64,000 bases of DNA from a virus (IMGVR_UViG_3300046791_000470:17625-81624), one strand, 5' to 3'. Numbered from the stretch's first letter, positions 16,884 through 26,960 are shown. Made by a program: numbers and translations. Notes: a model not told the origin generated them from the letters alone.

Positions 16884-18997
16884 GGGACGCCGAACTCCTC
16901 GTCCTCGTCGGCCCTGGCCTTGCCCACGGACACGGTGGGCTGGAGGTTCCGCGGGCGCGTGGGCTTGTCGCAGTTCGCGAGCGGACCTGCCTTGATACAG
17001 CCGGTTACGTTGCCCGCGTCGTAGTCGCCGAAGTTGTGATTTTCGGGCGCGGGTTCCTCGATCATCCGCGCGTTGAGGATCGAGGAGCTGCTCACCGGCG
17101 TGACCTTGGCCTTGTTGTGATCGCCCGCCTTGTCGACGGGGGCGGTCCGCACGATGCGCTTCTTTGGGATCTCCTGCGCCATCACGCCATGGCGCGGCAC
17201 GATGTAATTCTGGAACGCGATCGAGGTGCGGATGCCCGTGGACCACTCGTACTCGACGCCCGAGACCTGGTAGACGGCGAGCAGCTCGTGCACCGCGCCG
17301 CGCGCGAGCGCGACCAGCGCGCGCGCCACCAGCCGATCGCCGAGGCGCCGGTGGAGCACGTCCACCTCCTCCGAGAACGTGCGCCGCGCGGCGTCGTTCA
17401 CCTCGGACACGACGGGCGCGATCGAGCGCAGCGCCGTCGCGTCCACCACGAACTCGATCGGCTCGGTGGGGCGCAGGCGCAGGATGTCCGGATCGGTGTT
17501 GTCGCCGCCGAACGTCGCCAGGTTCCGGGTCTCGGCCTGGCCGCCGGTCTCGCCGCGGCCGATCTCCTCGTAGATGCCGTGTGCGATCCGCGTGAGCTGC
17601 TCCACCGATCGCACGCCGTACATCGGCACGCGGAGCACCTCGTCGGCGCCCTTGGTCTTCGCGGTCACGGTGTCGGTGGTGGGCCACTGCCCGAAGATCA
17701 GCCGCTGCTTACCGGCCGCGCGATCGTCGTACGAGATGCACTGGATGGTAGGGACCACGGCGCCGGCGAACTTCCGCTCAAACGAGAGCCGCTTCACGTC
17801 GCGGCCATACACCAGCCGGCGGATCCGGATCGACTCGCTGCCGACCTGACGCGCGAGCCCGCCGGCGAACGGCGTGGCGATCGTGGAGCGCTTCGAGGCG
17901 ATGTCGAAGATCCGCCGCACGGGCCGGATCCACAGCGTGGAGCCGACGATCTGAGGCATCGCGCCGACGATCGTGCAGTAGTTCGTGATGAGGTCCCAGT
18001 AGCTCGTCTTGTTGCCGGTGGACGGCGTGGAGCTCGAGCCACCGCCGGCGGCCTTCTGGCGCACGCGCGTCATGCCCTCGGCGTCGCCCGGGGACGGCAC
18101 CTCGCCGTCCTCCCACTCGGCGGTGTCGACGGCGACCGCCATGCGGAGATCCGCGTCGGTGCCCATCGTCCGGAGGATCTGCTGGACCACCTCGTGGATC
18201 GGCTTGGTGAGATCGAGCGCCGAGATCTTGGCGGGCGGCGGCTTGCCATCGATGAGGATGCCGCGGATGTCCCGGCCCTTGATCTGGATCGTCGAGCGCC
18301 CCTCGTCGAGGTCCACGCTCCACGTGTCGGCGGTCCCGTAGAACAGCAGGGTGGCGTTGTTGACGCCGGCGCGGCCGGTCACCGGGTCTACCTGATCTGT
18401 CGTCGTCTTGAGGATCGAGAACGGGCGCCCGGTCGGATCCTTGTCGCCACGCATGCCGCGCGCGTAGTCGTCGGCGGACACCGTGCCGAGGTGGATCTCG
18501 ACGCCCACGGCCCGGATCATCCGCGGGTCCACCGGGAACTCGAGGAAGTCGAACACGAGCGTGAAGGTGGCGGCGGTGCGGATGTGCGGCAGCGTGAACA
18601 CGCCGCGCTTCGGAACGCGGTTGGCGATCACCGTGAAACGATCCGTGCCGTACGTGAGCGGCACGCCGTCACCCGGCCGGCCTGGGATGTCGCCGCCGGT
18701 GACCGCCGGAGAGTCGTTGCCCGGCAGCCCCACCGCCGAGAACTCCGGCCGGGTCTCGTCGAGCTCGGCCAGCGCGTCGTTCGCGATCGCGCGCGCCACG
18801 CCGATGGTCACCGTCGGCTCGTGGACGCCGCGGCGCGGGCGCTTGCCCTGCTGGGCACGGCTCTCCTGCGTCGTGGCGTCGATCTGGCGCGCCGTGACGG
18901 ACTCGCCGGTGCCCGAGATCTGGAGGCTCTCGTCGAAGCGGATCGTGAGCTTCACGACGCAGCTCGGGAACCACGAGTTGTCCAGCGGGTTCATCAT
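16880..18997 (-). CDS. Baseplate hub protein (gpD/gp44-like)
   Basis: Start MMNPLDNSW at 18997 with ATGA overlap. TIQIKGRDIRGILID...YWDLITNYC...LWIRP; position between the LysM-like gene and the spike. Confidence 0.75.
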   Translation of the reverse strand: MMNPLDNSWFPSCVVKLTIRFDESLQISGTGESVTARQIDATTQESRAQQGKRPRRGVHEPTVTIGVARAIANDALAELDETRPEFSAVGLPGNDSPAVTGGDIPGRPGDGVPLTYGTDRFTVIANRVPKRGVFTLPHIRTAATFTLVFDFLEFPVDPRMIRAVGVEIHLGTVSADDYARGMRGDKDPTGRPFSILKTTTDQVDPVTGRAGVNNATLLFYGTADTWSVDLDEGRSTIQIKGRDIRGILIDGKPPPAKISALDLTKPIHEVVQQILRTMGTDADLRMAVAVDTAEWEDGEVPSPGDAEGMTRVRQKAAGGGSSSTPSTGNKTSYWDLITNYCTIVGAMPQIVGSTLWIRPVRRIFDIASKRSTIATPFAGGLARQVGSESIRIRRLVYGRDVKRLSFERKFAGAVVPTIQCISYDDRAAGKQRLIFGQWPTTDTVTAKTKGADEVLRVPMYGVRSVEQLTRIAHGIYEEIGRGETGGQAETRNLATFGGDNTDPDILRLRPTEPIEFVVDATALRSIAPVVSEVNDAARRTFSEEVDVLHRRLGDRLVARALVALARGAVHELLAVYQVSGVEYEWSTGIRTSIAFQNYIVPRHGVMAQEIPKKRIVRTAPVDKAGDHNKAKVTPVSSSSILNARMIEEPAPENHNFGDYDAGNVTGCIKAGPLANCDKPTRPRNLQPTVSVGKARADEDEEFGVP

Positions 18998-20232
18998 CGG
19001 TTGGCGTCCAGCGCCGGGATGATGACGATGGTCCCCGCGGGGGCCGTGTTCGAGTCGAGGGCGTTGAACAGCCGGATGCGCGCCGCCTCCTCCGGGGTCC
19101 CGTAGAAGCGCATCGAGAGCGCCTGGCAGTCCTCGTCCTGCTTGAGGAGCACGATCGCGATCACGTGCGCGTCCATCTCGCGGAGCGTGTCGTAGCGCTG
19201 GCGCGCGGCCAGGTGCTTGACGGAGCGCGCGGCGCGGACCGACTGTCGGATCGCGCACGCGGCCTGGATCATCTTGCCGATCGGGACCGTCAGGAGGTCC
19301 GCCGGATCCTCCACCGCCGTCATCGCCGCGTAGGAGAGCCCGTCGAGCTCGCCGATCAGCGTGGCCGCCTCGTCGCGCACGAGCGAGCTGATCGACATCA
19401 GCCGCCGCAGCGCATCGGCCGTGCCGGTCACGCTCTCGATGCGGGTCCGCGCCGCCTCCTGCGCCCGGAGGATGCCGCGCTTGATCCGACCCACGCGGTT
19501 ATCGATCCGGTCCGCGAGCGACGGCTCGAGGTCCACGCCGTCCAGGGCCGTCTTGTCGTAGAGGTTCGTGAACGCGGCGGACATCCGCTGCGAGAACTCC
19601 AGCGATCCCGTGCCGACGCCGCCGAGCGCCGGCACGCCGGCGTCCTCGTCGCGGCCGATCCACTTGAACTTGATCGTCCACTCGCAGTCGTGCGCCGTGA
19701 GCCAGTTCGGGACGAACTGCTCGATGCGGCCGACGCGCACGATGTGGCGCCACTGCACGCGGAGCACCTGCCCCTTGAGCGCGATGTCCTCGAACAGCGC
19801 GACTACCTCCTCCGTCGTGCGGAGCCGGCTGTTGTCGACGCTGATCGCCTCCACGCCGTCCACGATCTCGGACGCCGCCTGGCCGACCTCGACCATGCGG
19901 GCGCTCGTCTCGCCGATGAACCGCGTTTTCCAACACCCCTTGATCTCGGTCGGGTCCCACTTCCCGCCGAGCGCCTGCTGGCTGGTCTGGGAGAATCCGG
20001 GGTAGTCGGTCTCGTCGATCCGGTGCGAGATGCCGAACGCGACGCCCTTGTAGGGAAGCGCGCGCTCGGTGAGCCGCACGGTCCGCTGATCGGGGCCGGT
20101 GAGTTCCTTGAACGTGAAGGCGGCGGCGCCGTTGTCGGTCTGGCCGTAGGCGCGGCCGACCGTGACCTTTGGGATCTTCTGGCCGGTCCCTGTGGCCTGG
20201 CCGATCGTGACGGTGGGCGTGCGTCCGGCCAT
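18994..20232 (-). CDS. Tail tube initiator / baseplate protein with C-terminal LysM-like (gpX-like) domain
   Basis: Follows the tape measure. C-terminal EDCQALSMRFYGTPEEAARIRLFNAL...GTIVIIP. Confidence 0.7.
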   Translation of the reverse strand: MAGRTPTVTIGQATGTGQKIPKVTVGRAYGQTDNGAAAFTFKELTGPDQRTVRLTERALPYKGVAFGISHRIDETDYPGFSQTSQQALGGKWDPTEIKGCWKTRFIGETSARMVEVGQAASEIVDGVEAISVDNSRLRTTEEVVALFEDIALKGQVLRVQWRHIVRVGRIEQFVPNWLTAHDCEWTIKFKWIGRDEDAGVPALGGVGTGSLEFSQRMSAAFTNLYDKTALDGVDLEPSLADRIDNRVGRIKRGILRAQEAARTRIESVTGTADALRRLMSISSLVRDEAATLIGELDGLSYAAMTAVEDPADLLTVPIGKMIQAACAIRQSVRAARSVKHLAARQRYDTLREMDAHVIAIVLLKQDEDCQALSMRFYGTPEEAARIRLFNALDSNTAPAGTIVIIPALDANR

Positions 20233-20235
20233 GGA

Positions 20236-21873
20236 TCACCGCATCGAGTAGAGCGGCCGGAGCCCGCTGTCGAGGCGGCGCTCGCCGAGCGCGGCGAGCT
20301 CGTCGCCGAACGCGACCGCGACGCGCCCGCCGTCGATGCCCTCGGGGAAGTTGTTGTTGATGTCGAAGCTCGAGCCGCGGAAGTCCTGGTAGACCGCCGC
20401 CGCCGGCTTGCCCTCGGGGTCCTTGCCGCTGCCGGCCACCTTGGCTTTCGTCCCACCCCCCATGTCGATGTAGTCGATCTTCAGTCCTGGGATCTGGTTG
20501 ATCGCCCAGATCACGCCGTTCAGCAGCGCCACGAGGCCGATCATCACCTTTTCGACTACCCACATCAGCTTGTCCATCCACCAGGCGAACATCAGCAGCG
20601 TCACCAGCAGCGCGCCGCCGAGGATCGCGAGGATCGGCTTGATGGCCTCGAACAGCTTCCCGAGGACGCCGAACACCATCATCGCGATGTTCTTCATCTT
20701 CTCGATGAGCGGCCCGAGGACACTCACGAACATGTCGCGAATGCCAAAGACGTTGCGGCGCAGCAGCTCGAACGCGGCGATCACGATGCTGATCACCAGG
20801 CCGATGACGCCGAGGCGCCCCACCACCGTGCTCAGGATGCGCATCATCGGCCCGCCGGCGGAGGCGAACATGCCGATGCCTGGATTGGCCGCCTTCGCGG
20901 CGAAGTAGTCCATGCCGCCGGACGCCGCGGCCTTGCCGGCCATCATCCGGTTTGCGCCGCCGATCACCTGCTTGCCGCGATCGAGGAGCCCCATCGAGCC
21001 GCCGGGCATGAAGACGTTGGCCGCCTTCGCGGCGAGCATCAACGCGAGGTAGGTCTTCGCGAGCCCGACGACGATTCCCATGTGCTCGGCGAGGAAGCGG
21101 CCGATGCTGGCCGTGATCGGCTCGATCGCTTTGAACGCCGAGGTGATCTCGTTGAGGATCATCGTCACGGCGGGCATCAGGTTCTTGTAGAGCGTGCCGA
21201 TCATCGAGCTCCACGCGCTCGCGAGCCCGCGCCGGACGGCCAGCATCTCCTTGTGCATGGCCAGCGCGCGCCCGTCGATCAGGTTGGCGCCGCCGAGGGT
21301 CTCCGTCTTGATCTTGCGCAGCCGCTCCGCGCCGCCCTGCAGCATCTCCATCATCTGGCCGGCCTGCGTCGCCGGGATGTTGAAGCTCTTGATCAGGTCG
21401 TGGATGTGCAGCCGGCCGGCCTTCGCGGCGTCGGCCATCTGGTAGAGCCGCTGCTCGGGGCCGGCCTTCACGCTCACCCCGAGCCTGGTCATGAGCTGGG
21501 AGAGGGTCTGCGACTGCGTGCCGGCCATGGCCAGCTTCGCCGAGAGCCTCGACATGCTGAGGATCGTTTTCTCGGCCGCCTCCTGACCGATCCCGCTGCT
21601 CTCGAACATCTCGAACATCGAGTGCGCCGAGGACGCGGCCATGCCGGTCATGGCGTGCACGCGGCCGACGGCCTGGTAGAGCCGATCGGTGTCCTGGATC
21701 GCGGTGCCGACCTGCCAGATCCCAGCGAGCCCGCCGACCGCGCCGCCCCACGCGCCGACCGCCCCGAAGCCCTTGGCCAGCCGATCGGCGGCGCCGGCGA
21801 GCCCGTTCAGCTTGCGCGTCCCGTCCTCGGCGCCCTCGATCTTGATCCGCTGGTTGAGCTCGGTCTCGGTCAT
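20236..21873 (-). CDS. Tape measure protein (short, 545 aa)
   Basis: Ala/Gly-rich helical protein with hydrophobic C-terminal segments, lying after the tail chaperone. Confidence 0.85.
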   Translation of the reverse strand: MTETELNQRIKIEGAEDGTRKLNGLAGAADRLAKGFGAVGAWGGAVGGLAGIWQVGTAIQDTDRLYQAVGRVHAMTGMAASSAHSMFEMFESSGIGQEAAEKTILSMSRLSAKLAMAGTQSQTLSQLMTRLGVSVKAGPEQRLYQMADAAKAGRLHIHDLIKSFNIPATQAGQMMEMLQGGAERLRKIKTETLGGANLIDGRALAMHKEMLAVRRGLASAWSSMIGTLYKNLMPAVTMILNEITSAFKAIEPITASIGRFLAEHMGIVVGLAKTYLALMLAAKAANVFMPGGSMGLLDRGKQVIGGANRMMAGKAAASGGMDYFAAKAANPGIGMFASAGGPMMRILSTVVGRLGVIGLVISIVIAAFELLRRNVFGIRDMFVSVLGPLIEKMKNIAMMVFGVLGKLFEAIKPILAILGGALLVTLLMFAWWMDKLMWVVEKVMIGLVALLNGVIWAINQIPGLKIDYIDMGGGTKAKVAGSGKDPEGKPAAAVYQDFRGSSFDINNNFPEGIDGGRVAVAFGDELAALGERRLDSGLRPLYSMR

Positions 21874-22145
21874 TTCTTCCTCGCGTTCTCAGCAGCTTGG
21901 CGTTCTTCGTCGAGGATCTCGTCCAGCGCTTCGATCCATCCCAGCACGGTCACGGTCGGGGTGTTCTCGATCACCGCCATGTCCTGGCGCCCGTAGCGTG
22001 CGAGCCAGGCCGTCCGCTTGTTGATCCGTCGGATGTACTGGCCTACGTCGTTGCCGTACTGCCGCACGAACTCGATCGCGTACAGGGGGCCGAATGGCAC
22101 CCTGATTCGGTTTACGCTCGGGTCCGCCGGCTCTTGAGAAAAACC
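21870..22145 (-). CDS. Tail assembly chaperone T-segment, candidate product of a -1 frameshift from 22112-22531
   Basis: Open -1 frame (GFSQEPADPSVNRIRVPFG...LDEILDEERQAAENARKK) overlaps the end of the chaperone at G GTT TTT C and is coupled to the tape measure start. Confidence 0.6.
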   Translation of the reverse strand, partial: GFSQEPADPSVNRIRVPFGPLYAIEFVRQYGNDVGQYIRRINKRTAWLARYGRQDMAVIENTPTVTVLGWIEALDEILDEERQAAENARKK

Positions 22146-22531
22146 TGCTGGGAGTTCTCCGACGGCGCGGCGATGTCCGCGTAGCCCTGCATGACGAGCG
22201 AGCGGATCGCCGGGTGCATCTGCGACCACAGCGAGTCGAGGCCGCCGTCGTGCGAGCGGACCTCGAACTCCTTGCCGTCGGCGTTGATGACGCCCGCGAT
22301 CGAGGCGCGGCTCAGCTCGTAGGGCACCTGGATCGCATCGCCCTTGGCGCGGGACGCGGCGTGCTTCTCCTCGAGCGGCTTCAGCAGCTTGAGGAGGATG
22401 GTGCGCAGCTCGCCGTAGGTCTCCGTGGAGCTCTGCGGATAGAGCTCCTCGGGGATGTCGAACTCCTCGAGCGCGCGGGGGGCCCCGGATCGGTCGGGGA
22501 TGGGAAGTGCGGTGGGGCGTGCGGTGGACAT
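22112..22531 (-). CDS. Tail assembly chaperone (G-like)
   Basis: 139-aa ORF between tube and tape measure, with good upstream RBS. Confidence 0.75.
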   Translation of the reverse strand: MSTARPTALPIPDRSGAPRALEEFDIPEELYPQSSTETYGELRTILLKLLKPLEEKHAASRAKGDAIQVPYELSRASIAGVINADGKEFEVRSHDGGLDSLWSQMHPAIRSLVMQGYADIAAPSENSQQVFLKSRRTRA

Positions 22532-22581
22532 GGTGATTTCTCCTTGCCGGCGTGGGTCGCGGCCGGCGGCGCGTTGGTGCC

Positions 22582-23019
22582 TCAGCGCGAGATGACGGCG
22601 GCGTCGCTCGCTTCGTACGAGAGCGTCATCCGGCCGTACTCGGTGCGCCCGCCGATGGTGAGCGGGATGTCCGAGAAGAACGCGTCGGGGACGTTGATCA
22701 TCGCCCGATCGCCGTTGGGGAACTGCAGGACCGTCTTGAACCCGATCCGGACGCTGATGTTCCGGTTCTGCGCGCGGGTCTTGATGGCCTCGGCCAGCTC
22801 GAGCGCCTCCTGGCCCTCGAGATCGATCTCCATGCGGCCGGACACGCCCGAGAAGAACTCGTCATACCGAGGGGCGGTCTCGCCCAGGTACTCCTCGTTC
22901 TTCAGCGTGAACTTCCACGTGAAGTCGCACGACTTCACGGCGGTGACGTTGAGTACCGCCTCGTTGTCGACGGTGACGGTGATTTCGGTGTCCTGACCGG
23001 AGAGGCGTGGGCTGGCCAT
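22582..23019 (-). CDS. Tail tube protein
   Basis: 145 aa, beta-rich, downstream of the sheath; GGAGG RBS. Confidence 0.82.
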   Translation of the reverse strand: MASPRLSGQDTEITVTVDNEAVLNVTAVKSCDFTWKFTLKNEEYLGETAPRYDEFFSGVSGRMEIDLEGQEALELAEAIKTRAQNRNISVRIGFKTVLQFPNGDRAMINVPDAFFSDIPLTIGGRTEYGRMTLSYEASDAAVISR

Positions 23020-23042
23020 GATGTGAGTCCTCCGAAACGACG

Positions 23043-23085
23043 TAGGGCGCGCTCTGCGGCCGACTGCCGCGGGGAGCGCGCCCTA
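23043..23085. other. Strong hairpin just upstream of the tail tube RBS
   Basis: TAGGGCGCGCTC (23043-23054) pairs with GAGCGCGCCCTA (23074-23085), plus an inner GCGGC/GCCGC stem. Confidence 0.6.
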
Positions 23086-23143
23086 TCCCTGCTCGTGTGA
23101 GTGGTGCGGCGCTGTCGATCGGACGCCCCGATCTGCGGTCAGG

Positions 23144-23311
23144 CTACCGCTCGGCCGCCGGCTGCCGCAAGGCGCCGCGCGGGCGCCAGTCTCCGCTCGG
23201 CCCGTCCACCAAGAGCTCGACGGCCATCGCCCGAACGGCGCGGCGGTGGCGCAGCCGGCGGAACCAGCCGGCCCACCGGGGCTCGCGCTCGAGGAAGTCC
23301 GCCCGGCTCAC
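23144..23311 (-). CDS. Small Arg/Trp-rich ORF (55 aa), below the ORF-track cutoff
   Basis: GTG start overlaps the upstream TGA; translates to MSRADFLEREPRWAGWFRRLRHRR... Confidence 0.35.
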   Translation of the reverse strand: MSRADFLEREPRWAGWFRRLRHRRAVRAMAVELLVDGPSGDWRPRGALRQPAAER

Positions 23312-23616
23312 GAGTCGACGTGGACGATTTCGCTCAGGCAGACCACGGCGTTCGTGCCGCCCTCGCGGATCACCGAGACGGCGGTGCGCGTGGCGATCGC
23401 GGCGATCTCGACCACGCCGCCGGGCGCCAGGTAGTGGCTGCCCGCGGTGGCCACGGCGGCGATGTTAACCAGATCGCCGGGGGTCACGATCCGGAACCAG
23501 ATGCCCGCCGCCGGGGACGCTGCCAGCCGGTACTGGCGCTTGCCCATCGCGAGCGCGATCTCCGAGGCGGAGGAGCCCGCCGTCGCGACCGCCGAGGTAT
23601 CGAGGGAGAAGATCAT
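23308..23616 (-). CDS. Small beta-rich virion-associated protein
   Basis: AAGGAG RBS and ATG at 23616 (MIFSLDTSAV...); lies between sheath and tube. Confidence 0.65.
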   Translation of the reverse strand: MIFSLDTSAVATAGSSASEIALAMGKRQYRLAASPAAGIWFRIVTPGDLVNIAAVATAGSHYLAPGGVVEIAAIATRTAVSVIREGGTNAVVCLSEIVHVDS

Positions 23617-23624
23617 GGGGCTCC

Positions 23625-25631
23625 TTACGCGGACGCGTCGGTGATGTCGATGACGCCGAGGCCGATCCGCGCCTGCTGCACGATGGTCCGTGCGATCGGG
23701 ATCATCTCGACGGCGTACTTGACCACGAAGATGCCGGCCTGCTCGGTGGCCGGGGTGTTGCCGCTCTTGGCGTCGACGATGAACGCCCGGATGCGGGCGG
23801 CGCCCTTGTTGGGCACCGACGCCATCCCCATGAAGAACCCGTGGAGGCCGGTCGTGATCTGGTCCTTGAACTGCTCCGAGACCGGCTCCTTGCTGAAGGG
23901 CAGCAGGAACGCGGCCACCGAGTCCTCGACGAAGAACGAGAACCGGCGGACGTTGATCTCCTTCTCGCCGGCCTGCAGCGAGCGGGTCACGCCGCTCTGG
24001 AAGATCCGGCCGACCTGGCGATCGTTGCGCGGACCCATCACGCCCGACCGCTTCAGCGCCTTGTACGCCTCGATCCCGAGGCCGGTCACGCCGCGCTGGA
24101 TGCCGAGGGTGAGCGCCATCGTGGTCTTCACGGGGTCGCGTGCCTGGCCCGGATCGCGCTCCGGCACGAGCTTGCTCATGATCGCGCAGGCCCACGAGGC
24201 CGAGGGCGTGTCGAGGATGCCGTCCGTGTAGAGCAGCCCGTCCGCGCCCTTCACGGAGATGCCGACGGCCTCGCGAACGAACGTCGTGAGACCGGGCCAG
24301 CAGTAGATCCCCTCGCGGTAGCGGTTCGAGCCGACGCCCACGCCGGTGTCCGCGATCGCGGTGGCCAGCACGAGCGTGTCGAGGGGCGGCGAGAACACCG
24401 CGATCCGGCCCACGCCGTTCGCCTTCTGGGCGAGCGCGTGCGCCTTCAGCGTGGTGTCGATCGTCGTGGAGCTCCGCGAGCACCACACGATGTTGACCTC
24501 GCGCTCGGGGAGATCGTCGTCGATCAGCGACTCGATCGCGGTGACGTACAGCGCGTCGAGGGCCGAGCTGTTCACGGCGTTGGCCGCCTGGACGGCGGCG
24601 GTGTAGACGATGCCCGTCGTCGGCGCGCTGCGGAGCGCGAGCCCGGACAGCGGATCGGCGCCCTGCGCGGTCAGCGCCTCGGGGACCGTCACCGGCGTCA
24701 GGTTCACGTCCACGGCGATCGACGCGTCCAGCGCGCGGACCGGGATCCGGTAGCCGGCCTGCGTCCCGATGTGATTCTCGCCGCCGGTGTCGGCGCACTC
24801 GGCCGGGTGGATGCGCCACGGCTGCGCGGTGCCCGTCGTCCAGTCGAACGAGGCCCCGTTCATCTTCTCGACGACGATCGCCGTAGCGCCGGTGACCGAC
24901 CGGACGCGGTAGGTATCGGCGTTCGCGCCGAGCGCGCCCGCGCCGTCGATCACGCCGAGCACGAGGATGTCCCCCACCTGGACGCCGGTGTTGATGCCGT
25001 CGGGGCGAAGCCGCGTGGTGAACAGGCCGCCCGCGGAGCTGAAGGACTGGAACGCCGCGGGCGCGCCGGCCGCCGTGATCGCGCCGTCGACGCCCGACGC
25101 GAACTCGCCGAGCTCGGAGAACTGGACGCGCTGCGCGAGGTGGACGCGATCGGATCCGCTCACGAACTCGCGCCCGGCGGTGACGACGCCGCCGACGAGC
25201 GGCACGACCGGCGATGGGTCCGTGGCGCTCGTGTTCGTGGGCAGCTTCCGCCACACCCGGGCGCCCTGCGAGCTGCACAGGTTGATCGCCACGATCACGA
25301 GCCGGGCGAACGTCTTGTTGACGGTGTCCAGGAAGCCGGATCCGCCGTCGCCGCCAAACTCGCCGATCGTCGAGTCGAAGCCACCGAACCGATCGCGCAG
25401 GTCCTGCCCCGAGAGCACCTCCGTGGGCTGGGGACTGGTGGAGACCACGCCGTTGCTCGTGATGGCGACGGCGTGGGTCATGTCGGCGAACTCACCGACG
25501 CAGCACGCCACGCCGGCGCTGATGCCGTCGATGGTGCCGGGCGGATCGCCATCGACCGTGACGACACCCTCGATCTCCTGCAGAACCTCGATCGAGGGGA
25601 AGTCGCTATAACGACGCGTGAACCCAGCCAT
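23625..25631 (-). CDS. Tail sheath protein
   Basis: Start MAGFTRRYSDFP at 25631 with GGAGG RBS. C-terminal EKEINVRRFSFFVEDS...FIVDAKSGNTP...FVVKYAVEM is sheath-like. Confidence 0.92.
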   Translation of the reverse strand: MAGFTRRYSDFPSIEVLQEIEGVVTVDGDPPGTIDGISAGVACCVGEFADMTHAVAITSNGVVSTSPQPTEVLSGQDLRDRFGGFDSTIGEFGGDGGSGFLDTVNKTFARLVIVAINLCSSQGARVWRKLPTNTSATDPSPVVPLVGGVVTAGREFVSGSDRVHLAQRVQFSELGEFASGVDGAITAAGAPAAFQSFSSAGGLFTTRLRPDGINTGVQVGDILVLGVIDGAGALGANADTYRVRSVTGATAIVVEKMNGASFDWTTGTAQPWRIHPAECADTGGENHIGTQAGYRIPVRALDASIAVDVNLTPVTVPEALTAQGADPLSGLALRSAPTTGIVYTAAVQAANAVNSSALDALYVTAIESLIDDDLPEREVNIVWCSRSSTTIDTTLKAHALAQKANGVGRIAVFSPPLDTLVLATAIADTGVGVGSNRYREGIYCWPGLTTFVREAVGISVKGADGLLYTDGILDTPSASWACAIMSKLVPERDPGQARDPVKTTMALTLGIQRGVTGLGIEAYKALKRSGVMGPRNDRQVGRIFQSGVTRSLQAGEKEINVRRFSFFVEDSVAAFLLPFSKEPVSEQFKDQITTGLHGFFMGMASVPNKGAARIRAFIVDAKSGNTPATEQAGIFVVKYAVEMIPIARTIVQQARIGLGVIDITDASA

Positions 25632-25675
25632 GGCGTGTGCCTCCGTGTAGCGGGCCGCCGGCGGGGCGCGCGCCG

Positions 25676-26407
25676 CTACGTGATGGTGCCCGACGCGATC
25701 GGACGGGCCAAGGGCAGCACGTGGGGGCGGTACGTCGGGCAGTGCGCGCGGAGCCGGAGCCGGAGCGGCCACAGGCTCTGCTGCGCCGTGAGCTCGGAGT
25801 CCGGGAACGCCGCGGCGAGCAGGAGGAAGCTGGCGACCGCGCTGTGGTAGCGCGGCAGCACGAGCCGGAACCCGGCCATCCACGTGACGGGCGAGAACCC
25901 CTGCTCGAGCATGCGGCGCACGCCAGCTCGGAGCACCTTGTCGGGGCACATCACGTCCACGCGGACCTCGAGCTCGAAGTTCCCCGTGCCCGTGACGGTG
26001 ACCATCTGACCGCGATCGGTGCCGATGGTGAGCGGCTTGCCCACGCTCAGGCCGGAGTCCGTCTTGTAGTCGCCCTCCTCGGTGCTGTACACGGCAGCCG
26101 AGGGGAGCGGGCGCTGGCCGGTGGCGTGATCGGCCCAGTCGGGCACCACCGACTGCAACATGCACGACCGGCCCGCGATCGCACCGTCGAGATCGAGGAG
26201 GTAGTTCGCGAGCCCGTGCGTGATCGCCGTGTGCACGTCGGTGTCCTGGCGCTCGGTCAGCGGGTACTTCCGCGTGGGGAACTCGACGAGGAACGAGACC
26301 TCCGGATCGGGCACGTCGAGCCAGTCCTCGCCGACGCCCTCGAGCTGGGGCTCCTCGCGCTCAACCTGGCCAGCGGCGCATTCCGGGTTGCCGTCGAGGT
26401 CGCTCAC
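25676..26407 (-). CDS. Tail terminator / completion protein
   Basis: Position between the neck genes and the sheath. Confidence 0.6.
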   Translation of the reverse strand: MSDLDGNPECAAGQVEREEPQLEGVGEDWLDVPDPEVSFLVEFPTRKYPLTERQDTDVHTAITHGLANYLLDLDGAIAGRSCMLQSVVPDWADHATGQRPLPSAAVYSTEEGDYKTDSGLSVGKPLTIGTDRGQMVTVTGTGNFELEVRVDVMCPDKVLRAGVRRMLEQGFSPVTWMAGFRLVLPRYHSAVASFLLLAAAFPDSELTAQQSLWPLRLRLRAHCPTYRPHVLPLARPIASGTIT

Positions 26408-26438
26408 CCGCGGATCGTCCGCGGTCCGCGCCGCGCGC

Positions 26439-26960
26439 TCAAGGTCGGCGCTTCAGCTCGAGGTTGATCTCATGGATGATCTCATTGCGGATCAGCCACT
26501 CGATCCGGGTCTGCGCCTCGGGGGCGGTCATGATCTTCCGACCGATGAGCCCCCGGCGGCCGATGGCGCGCGCGACGAGGAACGCCACGCTCATCGCCTC
26601 GGTCTCCGACAGCCCGAGCCGGCGGCGCGCCCACTGCGCGATCGGATCCCGCGGCGGACGCTTCCCGGGCCGGCGCCCGTGCTCGATCGTCGGGGACGCC
26701 GGGTGATCGTTCGTGACGACGGCGCCGTCCGGCAGCGGCCGAGCTCGCCAGCGCCGGCGGAAGTCGCCGGTGTTCACGGCCCCGCCGCCGCCGATGCCCG
26801 CGGGGTTCGCCGGCGGCGCGCTCGTCGTCCGCTCGATCATGAGCGCCACCACGCGCTGCGCGCCGGCCTGCACGCCACGGAGCAGGATGGGCGTGAAGCG
26901 CTGCGCTAGCTTGTGCTGGTACAGCGCGAACTGCTTGGGGTCCATCCGCAGGACCGCCAT
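26439..26960 (-). CDS. HK97 gp10-like neck protein
   Basis: AVNTGDFRRRW...ASPTIEHGRRPGKRPPRDPIAQWARRRLG...AFLVARAIGRRG. Confidence 0.75.
   Translation of the reverse strand: MAVLRMDPKQFALYQHKLAQRFTPILLRGVQAGAQRVVALMIERTTSAPPANPAGIGGGGAVNTGDFRRRWRARPLPDGAVVTNDHPASPTIEHGRRPGKRPPRDPIAQWARRRLGLSETEAMSVAFLVARAIGRRGLIGRKIMTAPEAQTRIEWLIRNEIIHEINLELKRRP

Noticed and set aside
13042-25631. Standalone contractile injection system or tailocin
   Set aside because: Terminase, portal, scaffold and capsid genes are contiguous with the tail genes, so this is a phage.
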